A stretch of DNA of 64,000 nucleotides from an uncultured Bacteroidales bacterium (lineage in GTDB: Bacteria; Bacteroidota; Bacteroidia; Bacteroidales; UBA932), in NCBI GenBank assembly GCA_947168065.1, contig CAMVKH010000007.1:5202-69201 (forward strand), written 5' to 3'. The stretch's first letter is position 1. Each line of letters starts with the position of its first letter. This document shows, one piece after another, positions 35,334 to 43,054 of this stretch. The translations under genes were made by a program, and so were the position numbers. The notes under the pieces are model-generated. The model was not told the DNA's origin and searched no databases. It saw nothing but the letters and a program-made list of their open reading frames with translations.

Positions 35334-36370
35334 TGCCCACCATGACCAAATTCCTTTTCCTGATGTCGCTGCTTTCTTTCCTCGGATGCCGGCCCGCGAC
35401 GCCGACACCCGACCCTTTGGCACAACCTGTCCCCGATGGACCACGCCGCCTCGAATCCTTCTATTACACAGCTACACACGGCTATCGCGGTTTCACCAAC
35501 CGGGGTTACCGGGCCGAAAGGCTCAGCGACGGAAAGGTGCGCATCACCGTGGAACTCGGTGACGACCGCGACCGCGTTTTCCTGGCCGATGCAGCCGTGA
35601 TGGATTCGCTCGAAGCCCTTGTCCGGGAATACAGGATGGACCATTACAAAGAACGCTACAAGCCGATGTTCGACATCAAGGACGGCGACACCTGGGACTT
35701 TTCGCTGAAGTATTCCGATGGAAAGCGTGTCCGCAGCGGCGGCTACGAGGCCATGCCCACAGGCGCCAAGGAAGCGTTCCATAAAGTGGAGGAGCTCTTT
35801 GCGCCCTGGCGGAACATGGAACTGGCGCAGGACGCCGTCCTGAAGGCCTTCCGCTTCGAACTGCACTCGGACAAAGGCACGGAAGTGTTCTCCTTCAAGA
35901 AAGAAGAACGGAATTCCGTGTATTTCCGCACAATGGGATCTTTCCAGGGATGGAATTACTACTGTGGTGACCCGCTACTGCTCGAAAAGCTGGACAAGGA
36001 CCTGCGCCAGATCGACGCCTGCTCCTACTGCGGCGAGAAGCTCTCGGAAGAAGACAAATCCCGCCCGCGCTGGATCGCCATCCTCGAGTATTCCGACGGA
36101 CGGGTATTCGAGCTGATGGACTATCTCGACCGGGACGGCGGCTACGACCACCGTCCTCCGACCAACACGGAACGGGCGATCCGAAATATGGCAGAAAGCT
36201 ATTTCAGCGCGGAAATCGAGCGCATCAAAGCGCTCCCCGACGAAGCGCGCGGCGATCACAGCTGCACCTCCTACAAACCCGACGGCTCCCCCAGCCAAAT
36301 CATCTACTACTCCGGCGACGGCACCGTCCTCGGCGGCCACGACTACGACGATCCGATGGTCGACTTCTGA
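35333..36370 (+). CDS. Lipoprotein of unknown function (tandem paralog 2)
   Basis: Lipobox LMSLLSFLGCR. The ATG overlaps the upstream TGA (TGATG). Long blocks are shared with paralog 1, for example GYRAERL.DG..R.TV..G.DRDRV(Y/F)L....(L/V)MDSLEALVREYRMD. Confidence 0.75.
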   Translation: MPTMTKFLFLMSLLSFLGCRPATPTPDPLAQPVPDGPRRLESFYYTATHGYRGFTNRGYRAERLSDGKVRITVELGDDRDRVFLADAAVMDSLEALVREYRMDHYKERYKPMFDIKDGDTWDFSLKYSDGKRVRSGGYEAMPTGAKEAFHKVEELFAPWRNMELAQDAVLKAFRFELHSDKGTEVFSFKKEERNSVYFRTMGSFQGWNYYCGDPLLLEKLDKDLRQIDACSYCGEKLSEEDKSRPRWIAILEYSDGRVFELMDYLDRDGGYDHRPPTNTERAIRNMAESYFSAEIERIKALPDEARGDHSCTSYKPDGSPSQIIYYSGDGTVLGGHDYDDPMVDF

Positions 36371-36386
36371 GCATCATTCCGTCGCG

Positions 36387-37349
36387 CTATAGCACAACAT
36401 CCACTTCACCCGCAGAAGATACGTCCAGTTTCAGACGGTTTGTGAGCGTGATGTTCTTCGCACTTATGAAATGGCCGTTGGGCTTGTATTCAGCCGGGAT
36501 TTCCTTGCTGCCGTAATAGGTGATACCGTCTGCGTCGAATACCTCGAATTTCAAGTTTTCCCTGTTGGTTTGGTCCTTGAACCGCAAGGCTACGAAAAAT
36601 GGATTTACCGTGGGTTCAGCCAGCCAGACTGGGATCGGGCCTGTGCCCATGTTCCAGCCTTTCCAGAGCCCGCCGCCGTCTCCCGTTATCAAAGCGCCTG
36701 CGGTTTCGACAGGCGTCTTTTCCCCTGCGCCCCCTTCCTGGAAGCGGAAATTGAAGCGAAAGACGCTCTGCTGGTTCTTGAAGACGGCGGGGCTGGCAGA
36801 CAACGCGAACTTGCCATCGTCGGCCTCTGTCAAACCCGTCACCAGCACGTCGTCAGCCTGGGCAAGGTGATATCTCGCGGCAATGGAATTATACAGACCA
36901 CTCATTCCCCCGTCGTTTACCAGAAGCATACCCCCCTGCCCGATGTATGTCCAATCATCCCGGCAATAGGGCGTCAGCAGGGTAAGTCGCGTTTGTCCCG
37001 GCGTAATGCCGGCAACAGTCACTTTTCCGGACAGCGTGGCGTAATGAGGATCCGAAGCATCTTCCGTTGCCATGAGCGTTCCAATCATTTCTTCTCCCAA
37101 GTATACATATACTTTCTCACCTGTCAACCAGACGGCTTTGAGGAGTGTCGTGTTCGCTTCGTCCGTCCCGTCGATGTCCAGGCCCTTCGTCTCAGGGTCA
37201 CCTATTTCCGCCCGGAGCGTCAATGTCCAGGTAGAATCGCCCTCCAACACCTGTCTTGCAGGAACATCTTCCGAAACAAGTTCCACCGGTGCACATCCAG
37301 CCCAAAGCAGGGCCTCAAGTGCTGTAAGTATGAGCAAAGTCTTTTTCAT
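36387..37349 (-). CDS. Lipoprotein, fimbrillin (type V pilin)-like
   Basis: Lipobox LLWAGCA. The N-terminal pattern W.LTLRAEIGDPETKG....W..GEKVYVY resembles Bacteroidales fimbrillin-family proteins. This is motif-level inference only. It overlaps the upstream gene by 4 nt. Confidence 0.45.
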   Translation of the reverse strand: MKKTLLILTALEALLWAGCAPVELVSEDVPARQVLEGDSTWTLTLRAEIGDPETKGLDIDGTDEANTTLLKAVWLTGEKVYVYLGEEMIGTLMATEDASDPHYATLSGKVTVAGITPGQTRLTLLTPYCRDDWTYIGQGGMLLVNDGGMSGLYNSIAARYHLAQADDVLVTGLTEADDGKFALSASPAVFKNQQSVFRFNFRFQEGGAGEKTPVETAGALITGDGGGLWKGWNMGTGPIPVWLAEPTVNPFFVALRFKDQTNRENLKFEVFDADGITYYGSKEIPAEYKPNGHFISAKNITLTNRLKLDVSSAGEVDVVL

Positions 37350-40252
37350 TTCAATATATAGGCTTTTCCGGCCGGAATCTTGTCACCCTTGAACGGATAG
37401 ATTCCCAGCGTTCCGTTCACAATACCCAGAACGTAAACCGCTTTATTGTCAATCTTTCCCTCGGTCACGGCAATATCCTCTTTCGCACCCTTCAGGATGT
37501 TTCCTTCCCGAGGCGTGACGGCTTGATAGCCCGACAGGATAACCGGAATGGTCTTCGTGGGGGCATTGCCATCTTCCTGTGCCTTGTCGGCAACGATGAT
37601 CACCGGGGTCCCTGCCGGAATTACACGGCTGTCTCTGTTGCCGATGCGCACAAGCATCAGTTCATCTCCGTTCAGTCCGGCCGTATAGGCCGTCGCTCCT
37701 TCCGGAAGTTCCCAATACACCTTCTCGTCGAAGAACGTCGTCACGTACTTGTCCATTCCTTGCACGACAGCAGCCGTAGCCACAGGTTTGGCCATAGGGG
37801 CGACGCTGATGTCGTCCAGGTAAAGCCAGGGCTGTCCAGCCATTACACGAAAGGCTATAAATTTGGTTCCCTGCGGCAGTCGTCGCACGAAGCGAGGCCA
37901 GGTCCCCGCCGCTACGACTACGGATATTTCATCGGACCAGCTGAAATCCTCGGGGTTTTTATCCGTAGTAGAATATCCCACAGAGAAAAGCGTCCGATAC
38001 GCGGTCGTAGCGTCCGCATTATTCTGGTAGTAAAACGACAGGATTGACTCGGAACTGACGTTCAATTGAGGGGAAATCAGATATTGGGGCGGATTACTCT
38101 CGATTTGATCGAAGGCAAAGCCGAAGTCATAGCTGCCTTCTCGCGGCTCCCACGATTTGATTCCCGCATTGCCGTTGCTGTTCACAATGCGCCAGCCACC
38201 CATGCCGTTTTCAAAACCCTGGAAGTGCGGCAACGGTTCAATCGAACCCTCCGTGGTAAAACGGGCGGTCACGTAATTGCTCGCATTGCTGCCATAGCAT
38301 GCTTTGATGCGGAAGTCGTAGGTAGTATTGGTTTCCAGACCGGTCAGGGCGACGGAACGGGTACTGCCATCCAGGTTCTTTTCGGACGACCAGGCGTTGT
38401 CACTTCTCTTCTTGTATTGATAGGCAAAGCCCGTAACTCCCGAAGCGGAGCAAGACCAGGAGAACGAAACGCCATCGTCTGTGAGGGTGCTCACGGAAAG
38501 GTCTGCCGGCCCTGCCAGGGTAGAATAGACTTCGAAACTGAAATCATCGACGAAGAAGAATGATTGACCTGACGGGTACTGGATTGCAACGTATCTGGTT
38601 CTCTCAGGAAAGTCGTTTTCATACAACTCCCAGTCATGCCCCTGCACAGTTATTTCGTCGCTCCATGTGAAAGAACCGACATCGCTGTCGGTAGTTGAAT
38701 AGCCTACCCGGAAACGGTCTGTATTTGGGTATACCGCATTTAAGTAGTAGAATGACAGCTTCACGGCACAATCGCCGGGCAATCTCGGAGAAATCAGGTA
38801 TTGGGACGGAGATGTCGCGACGTCGCCATAAAAACGGTAACAGCGTGCACCCTCGTAACTGGTCTGATCAGATATCCCTGTAAATTCCCAGCTATGTACG
38901 ACCTGGCTCCAACCATCCATCCCATTTTCAAATCCGCAACTGTAGGGAAGTTCAACGGCTGTGGTAAAACTGAGATTCGCATAATTGCTTTCACTGCTGC
39001 CATAAATGGCTTTCAGACGAAACTGATAGTCCGTGTGGGCGGAAAGGCCGCTGATCGTGACGTTCCTGGCGGAGGCGGACAACGAAGTTTCTGTTGACCA
39101 TTGCGAAACATCCGCTTTTTTATACTGATAAACATATCCCGTAACGGTCTCGCCCGCTTGTGGCCCATCCCAAGAAACCTTGGCGGCATGTTCCGTACAT
39201 TCCGTCAAAGCGAGAATGACCGGCGTGACCGTGAAGTTGAAATTATCCAAATAGATATCCATGAAACTATTCGTTGTCCACGCTCTGGCAGCCACGTATT
39301 TCGTTCCTTGGGGAAAAGTTTTCCCAAAGTGTCCCCACCCTGCCACAACATCTGAATCCCAGGTGAAAGAAGAAATGTCATTGGTTTGGGTAGAATAGCC
39401 TATCTGAAAGGATAAATCATGCTGAACGATCGGACCTCGCTCATAGTCAAATTCCACATACATGGCCATCCGTCCGTCAAATTCAGGAGAAATCAAGTAC
39501 TGGTAGGCATCTCCACTTACGGTGTTGTCATTACAAAAATGAAAAGCATGGCCACTGCCGCGTTCCACGATCTTTGTGTATTGATTACAATCAACCGTTG
39601 TCCATCCCTCTTCTGCCAGCGCGGTTTCGAAGTCATAGGAGTAAGGCAGGCCGCGTCCGGAAAAAATGGACAAGTGCATATAAATGTAGTCGCCGCCTGC
39701 ACCTGCATTAAGGTCGTATCCCTCCGAGCCTCCGTTCACGCCCACGGCACCCGTCTGGGTACTGTTGAACGAGATGCCGGTTATGAATCGGTTGTTTGGA
39801 AAAAGAGCTGTGGTGTAATATAAGTGGATGTATTTGCCGTCAGCACCTCGGTTCAGATCGCCCTTAGATTCTTTGAAACTGTCTCCACCGTCAAAGGAAA
39901 CCAGAGTATATGTCCGCCCATTGTGTGTTAAGTTGTCTGGAGCCGTACCTTTCGCATCGCTTATATAGAAATCGGTGATATATCCATTGTTGACACCGTT
40001 GCTGGTCTCTGATTTATACAACAGATAGATGTAGTCGCCGCCTGCCCCACGATTCAAATCCTTGTCGATAACATGCCAGCCCTGTCCTGTGAGACTAGTC
40101 TTCAGGCCGTTTACCTTACTTTCCGAGCCGCCGATGACCATCACATCTTTGATGCCTTCGTCAGCCCATGCCGTTACCGTCGGCAGCAGCGCCAGCAGCA
40201 GCGTCACGGCAGCCCGAAGAAGTCTTTCCAAAAAACCACGGTTCATCTTCAT
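37346..40252 (-). CDS. Large secreted multidomain surface protein: 3 x DLN.GAGG.YIY repeats, 3 x jelly-roll (cleaved-adhesin/choice-of-anchor-J-like) modules, 2 x fibronectin type III, and a C-terminal domain
   Basis: Signal peptide MKMNRGFLERLLRAAVTLLLALLPTVTAWA (start at M12 of the track ORF). Repeated blocks LP(Y/H)..(D/G)FE.G..GW ... QYLISP ... (V/I)GYST...D...F(T/S)W(S/D). The FN3 modules end in TDYQFRLKAIYG and TTYDFRIKACYG. Confidence 0.8.
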   Translation of the reverse strand: MKMNRGFLERLLRAAVTLLLALLPTVTAWADEGIKDVMVIGGSESKVNGLKTSLTGQGWHVIDKDLNRGAGGDYIYLLYKSETSNGVNNGYITDFYISDAKGTAPDNLTHNGRTYTLVSFDGGDSFKESKGDLNRGADGKYIHLYYTTALFPNNRFITGISFNSTQTGAVGVNGGSEGYDLNAGAGGDYIYMHLSIFSGRGLPYSYDFETALAEEGWTTVDCNQYTKIVERGSGHAFHFCNDNTVSGDAYQYLISPEFDGRMAMYVEFDYERGPIVQHDLSFQIGYSTQTNDISSFTWDSDVVAGWGHFGKTFPQGTKYVAARAWTTNSFMDIYLDNFNFTVTPVILALTECTEHAAKVSWDGPQAGETVTGYVYQYKKADVSQWSTETSLSASARNVTISGLSAHTDYQFRLKAIYGSSESNYANLSFTTAVELPYSCGFENGMDGWSQVVHSWEFTGISDQTSYEGARCYRFYGDVATSPSQYLISPRLPGDCAVKLSFYYLNAVYPNTDRFRVGYSTTDSDVGSFTWSDEITVQGHDWELYENDFPERTRYVAIQYPSGQSFFFVDDFSFEVYSTLAGPADLSVSTLTDDGVSFSWSCSASGVTGFAYQYKKRSDNAWSSEKNLDGSTRSVALTGLETNTTYDFRIKACYGSNASNYVTARFTTEGSIEPLPHFQGFENGMGGWRIVNSNGNAGIKSWEPREGSYDFGFAFDQIESNPPQYLISPQLNVSSESILSFYYQNNADATTAYRTLFSVGYSTTDKNPEDFSWSDEISVVVAAGTWPRFVRRLPQGTKFIAFRVMAGQPWLYLDDISVAPMAKPVATAAVVQGMDKYVTTFFDEKVYWELPEGATAYTAGLNGDELMLVRIGNRDSRVIPAGTPVIIVADKAQEDGNAPTKTIPVILSGYQAVTPREGNILKGAKEDIAVTEGKIDNKAVYVLGIVNGTLGIYPFKGDKIPAGKAYILK

Positions 40253-40262
40253 CCTCCTCCCA

Positions 40263-40391
40263 TCAGTTTTCATCCAGGTTGCCAAACACGTAGTCCTCCG
40301 TTTCAGCCGACTGGCAGATCATACCCGTAGCAGTCACCTCCACGACCTCCGTCGCAGGGGTTTCATATCCTTTTTTAGCAGTCTTTTCCAT
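40263..40391 (-). CDS. Candidate 42-aa leader ORF upstream of the large surface protein
   Basis: My own translation is MEKTAKKGYETPATEVVEVTATGMICQSAETEDYVFGNLDEN. The ATG is 44 nt downstream of a TATATTTG -7 box. Its stop lies 10 nt upstream of the M12 ATG of the 969-aa gene, in a different frame from the track ORF. The ORF is below the track size cutoff. Confidence 0.25.
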   Translation of the reverse strand: MEKTAKKGYETPATEVVEVTATGMICQSAETEDYVFGNLDEN

Positions 40392-40434
40392 GGCTTGTGG
40401 CAGGCTCCGCTTGTAAGCCTTTTCCTATCCCCCT

Positions 40435-40442
40435 CAAATATA
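40435..40442 (-). promoter_or_regulatory. -7 box (TATATTTG on the reverse strand) for the surface-protein locus
   Basis: Plus strand reads CAAATATA. Confidence 0.45.
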
Positions 40443-40463
40443 ATCATTTCCGAGCAGGAATAC

Positions 40464-40518
40464 AAAAAAACTCACTGCCGTCTGACAGTGAGTTTTTGAT
40501 TTCTGTCGGGAAGAGGTG
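40464..40518 (-). repeat. IR-L: tRNA-Pro 3' end (13 nt) plus its rho-independent terminator; inverted copy of 42542..42596
   Basis: 54 of 55 nt identical to the reverse complement of 42542-42596. Contains the hairpin CTCACTG(C/T)C-loop-GGCAGTGAG followed by T7 in the transcript sense. Confidence 0.9.
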
Positions 40519-40579
40519 ACTCGAACACCCGACCTCTGCGTCCCGAACGCAGCGCGCTAGCCAACTGCGCCACTTCCCG
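40506..40579 (-). tRNA. tRNA-Pro (anticodon CGG)
   Basis: Hand-folded cloverleaf of 74 nt: acceptor CGGGAAG/CTTCCCG, D stem GCGC/GCGC, anticodon stem CTGCG/CGCAG with loop TTCGGGA, T arm GGGTG-TTCGAGT-CACCT, discriminator A. No encoded CCA. Confidence 0.9.
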
Positions 40580-40598
40580 AGTTCCCGAAATGGGACTG

Positions 40599-40606
40599 CA
40601 AATATA
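40599..40606 (-). promoter_or_regulatory. -7 box (TATATTTG on the reverse strand) for tRNA-Pro
   Basis: Plus strand reads CAAATATA, 20 nt upstream of the tRNA 5' end. Confidence 0.4.
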
Positions 40607-40623
40607 GTAACTTTTTTTAGAAT

Positions 40624-41157
40624 CTATCGGAAATTGTTCAAAATAATGTTCCAAAGCACGATACCGACAGAAACGGAGACGTTTAGCGAGTGCTTGGTGC
40701 CGTATTGCGGGATTTCCAGGCAAAGGTCGGAAGCATCCGCCACTTCCTGGGCGACGCCCTTGACCTCGTTGCCGAACACCAGGGCGTAGCGTTTTTCAGG
40801 ATCCGGACGGAAATCCTGCAGGAGCGTCGAGTGCTCGGTCTGCTCCACGCTGACAATGGTATAGCCTTCGCTGCGAAGGGCCTTGACTGCTTCCAGCGCC
40901 GTATCGAAATGCGCCCAGTCCACGCTGAATTCCGCGCCCAGGGCGGCTTTGTGGATTTCCGGTGTGGGCGGTGTGGCGGAGATGCCGCAAAGGCAGATCC
41001 GGCCGACCCGGAACGCGTCGCAAGTGCGGAAGGCAGAACCGATGTTGTGCTGGCTGCGCACGTTGTCGAGCACCAGGACGAGCGGCGCTTTACCCGCCTG
41101 CTTGAATTCTTCCACGCTGATGCGGCCCAGTTCGCTGTTCAAAAGTTTTCGGAACAT
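40624..41157 (-). CDS. TrmH/SpoU family RNA 2'-O-methyltransferase
   Basis: VLDNVRSQHNIGSAFRTCDAF, LVFGNEVKGV and IPQYGTKHSLNVSVSVGIVLW are the three SpoU motifs. Confidence 0.85.
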   Translation of the reverse strand: MFRKLLNSELGRISVEEFKQAGKAPLVLVLDNVRSQHNIGSAFRTCDAFRVGRICLCGISATPPTPEIHKAALGAEFSVDWAHFDTALEAVKALRSEGYTIVSVEQTEHSTLLQDFRPDPEKRYALVFGNEVKGVAQEVADASDLCLEIPQYGTKHSLNVSVSVGIVLWNIILNNFR

Positions 41158-41177
41158 TATTGTTCAAATTGCCGTCA

Positions 41178-41185
41178 CAAATATA
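41178..41185 (-). promoter_or_regulatory. -7 box (TATATTTG on the reverse strand) for the trmH-like gene
   Basis: Plus strand reads CAAATATA, 21 nt upstream of ATG 41157. Confidence 0.4.
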
Positions 41186-41196
41186 GGAAATTGTTT

Positions 41197-41204
41197 TATC
41201 TTTG
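41197..41204 (+). promoter_or_regulatory. -7 box TATCTTTG for glyA
   Basis: 50 nt upstream of ATG 41254. Divergent from the trmH-like promoter. Confidence 0.45.
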
Positions 41205-41253
41205 TATATTCTTCACTATAGAGGCAATACTATAAAATAATCGTAACACTTAT

Positions 41254-42534
41254 ATGAAACAAGACGTTCAAATTTCCGACCTGATCCGCAAGGAGGAAGA
41301 GCGCCAGAGCGAAGGCATCGAGCTCATCGCTTCTGAAAATTTCGTCAGCAAGCAGGTGCTCGAGGCCCTCGGCAGCGTTTGCACGAATAAATATGCTGAA
41401 GGTTATCCCCGCGCCCGCTACTACGGCGGTTGCGAAGTGGTCGACCAGATCGAACAGCTGGCCATCGACCGCCTCTGCAAACTTTTCGACGCAGAATACG
41501 CCAACGTGCAGCCGCACTCCGGCGCGCAGGCCAACATGGCCGTGTTCTTCACCTGCCTGCAGCCCGGCGACACCTTCATGGGTCTCGACCTGGCCCACGG
41601 CGGTCATCTGACGCACGGCTCCCCGGTCAACATGTCGGGTAAGATGTATCACGCCATTGCCTACCAGCTGAACAAGGAAACCGGTCTGGTAGACTACGAC
41701 GACATGGAGCGCAAAGCTTTGGAATACAAGCCGAAGCTCATCATCGGCGGCGCCTCCGCCTACTCCCGTGAATGGGATTGGGCCCGTATGCGTGAAATCG
41801 CCGACAAGGTAGGCGCCATCTTCATGGTCGACATGGCACACCCTGCCGGTCTGATTGCCGCAGGCCTGCTGAAGAACCCTGTGAAGTATGCCCACATCGT
41901 GACCTCCACCACGCACAAGACTCTCCGCGGCCCGCGTGGCGGCGTCATCCTCATCGGCAAGGACTTCGACAACCCGTGGGGCATCACCACGCCGAAGGGC
42001 GAAATCAAGAAGATGAGCGCGATGATCAACTCCGCCGTCTTCCCGGGCATCCAGGGCGGTCCGCTCGAGCACTGCATCGCCGCCAAGGCCGTGGCCTTCT
42101 ACGAGGCCCTTCAGCCGGAGTTCCGCAACTATCAGATCCAGGTACAGAAGAACGCAAAGGCCCTCGCCGAAGCCTTCATCAAAAAGGGTTACTTCATTGT
42201 CTCCGGCGGCACCGACAACCACCTGATGCTGATCGACCTCCGCACGAAGTTCCCCGACCTGACCGGTAAGGTGGCCGAGAAGGCCCTCGTCCGCGCCGGC
42301 ATCACCGTCAACAAGAACATGGTGCCGTTCGACAGCCGCAGCGCCTTCCAGACCTCCGGTCTCCGCGTCGGTACGCCGGCCGTTACCTCCCGCGGCCTCG
42401 TCGAGAAGGATATGCCGGGCATCGTCGATCTGATCGACAAGGTCCTCTGCAATGTCGAAAACGACCAGATCATCGAGGAAGTCCGTCAGCAGGTGAAAAT
42501 GAAGATGAACGGTCTGCCGCTGAACCGCTGGTAG
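41254..42534 (+). CDS. glyA: Serine hydroxymethyltransferase
   Basis: ELIASENF, and the PLP-Lys motif [15 protein letters not shown]. 426 aa. Confidence 0.97.
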   Translation: MKQDVQISDLIRKEEERQSEGIELIASENFVSKQVLEALGSVCTNKYAEGYPRARYYGGCEVVDQIEQLAIDRLCKLFDAEYANVQPHSGAQANMAVFFTCLQPGDTFMGLDLAHGGHLTHGSPVNMSGKMYHAIAYQLNKETGLVDYDDMERKALEYKPKLIIGGASAYSREWDWARMREIADKVGAIFMVDMAHPAGLIAAGLLKNPVKYAHIVTSTTHKTLRGPRGGVILIGKDFDNPWGITTPKGEIKKMSAMINSAVFPGIQGGPLEHCIAAKAVAFYEALQPEFRNYQIQVQKNAKALAEAFIKKGYFIVSGGTDNHLMLIDLRTKFPDLTGKVAEKALVRAGITVNKNMVPFDSRSAFQTSGLRVGTPAVTSRGLVEKDMPGIVDLIDKVLCNVENDQIIEEVRQQVKMKMNGLPLNRW

Positions 42535-42541
42535 ACCGGGC

Positions 42542-42596
42542 CACCTCTTCCCGATAGAAATCAAAAACTCACTGTCAGACGGCAGTGAGTTTTTTT
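42542..42596 (+). repeat. IR-R: orphan copy of the tRNA-Pro 3' end (CACCTCTTCCCGA) plus terminator, acting as the glyA terminator
   Basis: CACCTCTTCCCGATAGAAATCAAAAACTCACTGTCAGACGGCAGTGAGTTTTTTT begins 8 nt after the glyA stop. It is the inverted copy of 40464-40518. Confidence 0.9.
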
Positions 42597-42633
42597 ATAG
42601 CGCGCCCAGGTTTCCCGCATCGCTTAGGAGCGC

Positions 42634-42717
42634 CGGCCATAAAAAATGAGCTGTTTTATGGCCGAGAGAGCGTAAAATAGGCTTCCGGCCATAAAATATG
42701 GGAGTTTTTATGGCCGG
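42634..42717. repeat. Two paralogous hairpins with 11-12-bp stems, (C)CGGCCATAAAA...TTTTATGGCCG(G), 51 bp apart
   Basis: The hairpins are at 42634-42664 and 42685-42717. The stems are nearly identical and the loops differ. Confidence 0.85.
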
Positions 42718-42735
42718 AACGTCTCCATTATGCTA

Positions 42736-42759
42736 GGAGGTGGCTTTTCGGCCACCTCC
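42736..42759. terminator. Hairpin GGAGGTGGC-TTTTCG-GCCACCTCC at the end of the reverse-strand gene train
   Basis: 9-bp GC-rich stem, 11 nt past the stop of the TPR gene. The T-run is on the plus-strand side only. Confidence 0.4.
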
Positions 42760-42769
42760 ATCATCTTTT

Positions 42770-43054
42770 TTACGGGTTCATCAAATCTACGTTGACGAAA
42801 CGGATGATGTCGTAGATCGACTCGATGGCCGCGTCGGCGGGGCCGTCGGGGTCGAGGAGCTTCGCCTTGTTGAGATGGTTGATGGCTTCGCCCCAGAGCT
42901 GTTGCCGGCGGTAGAGATTGCCCAGCATATACCAGCCTTGGGGGTTGTCGGGTTCGCGCTTGACGAAGTCGCGCAGGGACTGATGCGCTTCTTCGAGCTT
43001 TCCGGCCCGAAGAAGCGCCTCAATGTCCGGGAGGGTCAACGGCTTGTGATTCAT
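42770..43054 (-). CDS. Small tetratricopeptide-repeat protein
   Basis: 94 aa. AHQSLRDFVKREPDNPQGWYMLGNLYRRQQLWGEAINHLNKAKLLDP is a TPR pair. 1-nt overlap with rnfA. Confidence 0.7.
   Translation of the reverse strand: MNHKPLTLPDIEALLRAGKLEEAHQSLRDFVKREPDNPQGWYMLGNLYRRQQLWGEAINHLNKAKLLDPDGPADAAIESIYDIIRFVNVDLMNP

Noticed and set aside
42641-42730. Two mini-ORFs (MSCFMAERA and MGVFMAGTSPLC) that share an FMA core.
   Set aside because: The shared residues are encoded by the conserved hairpin stem (TTTTATGGCC). There is no promoter or spacing evidence, so they are most simply a by-product of the palindromic repeat.
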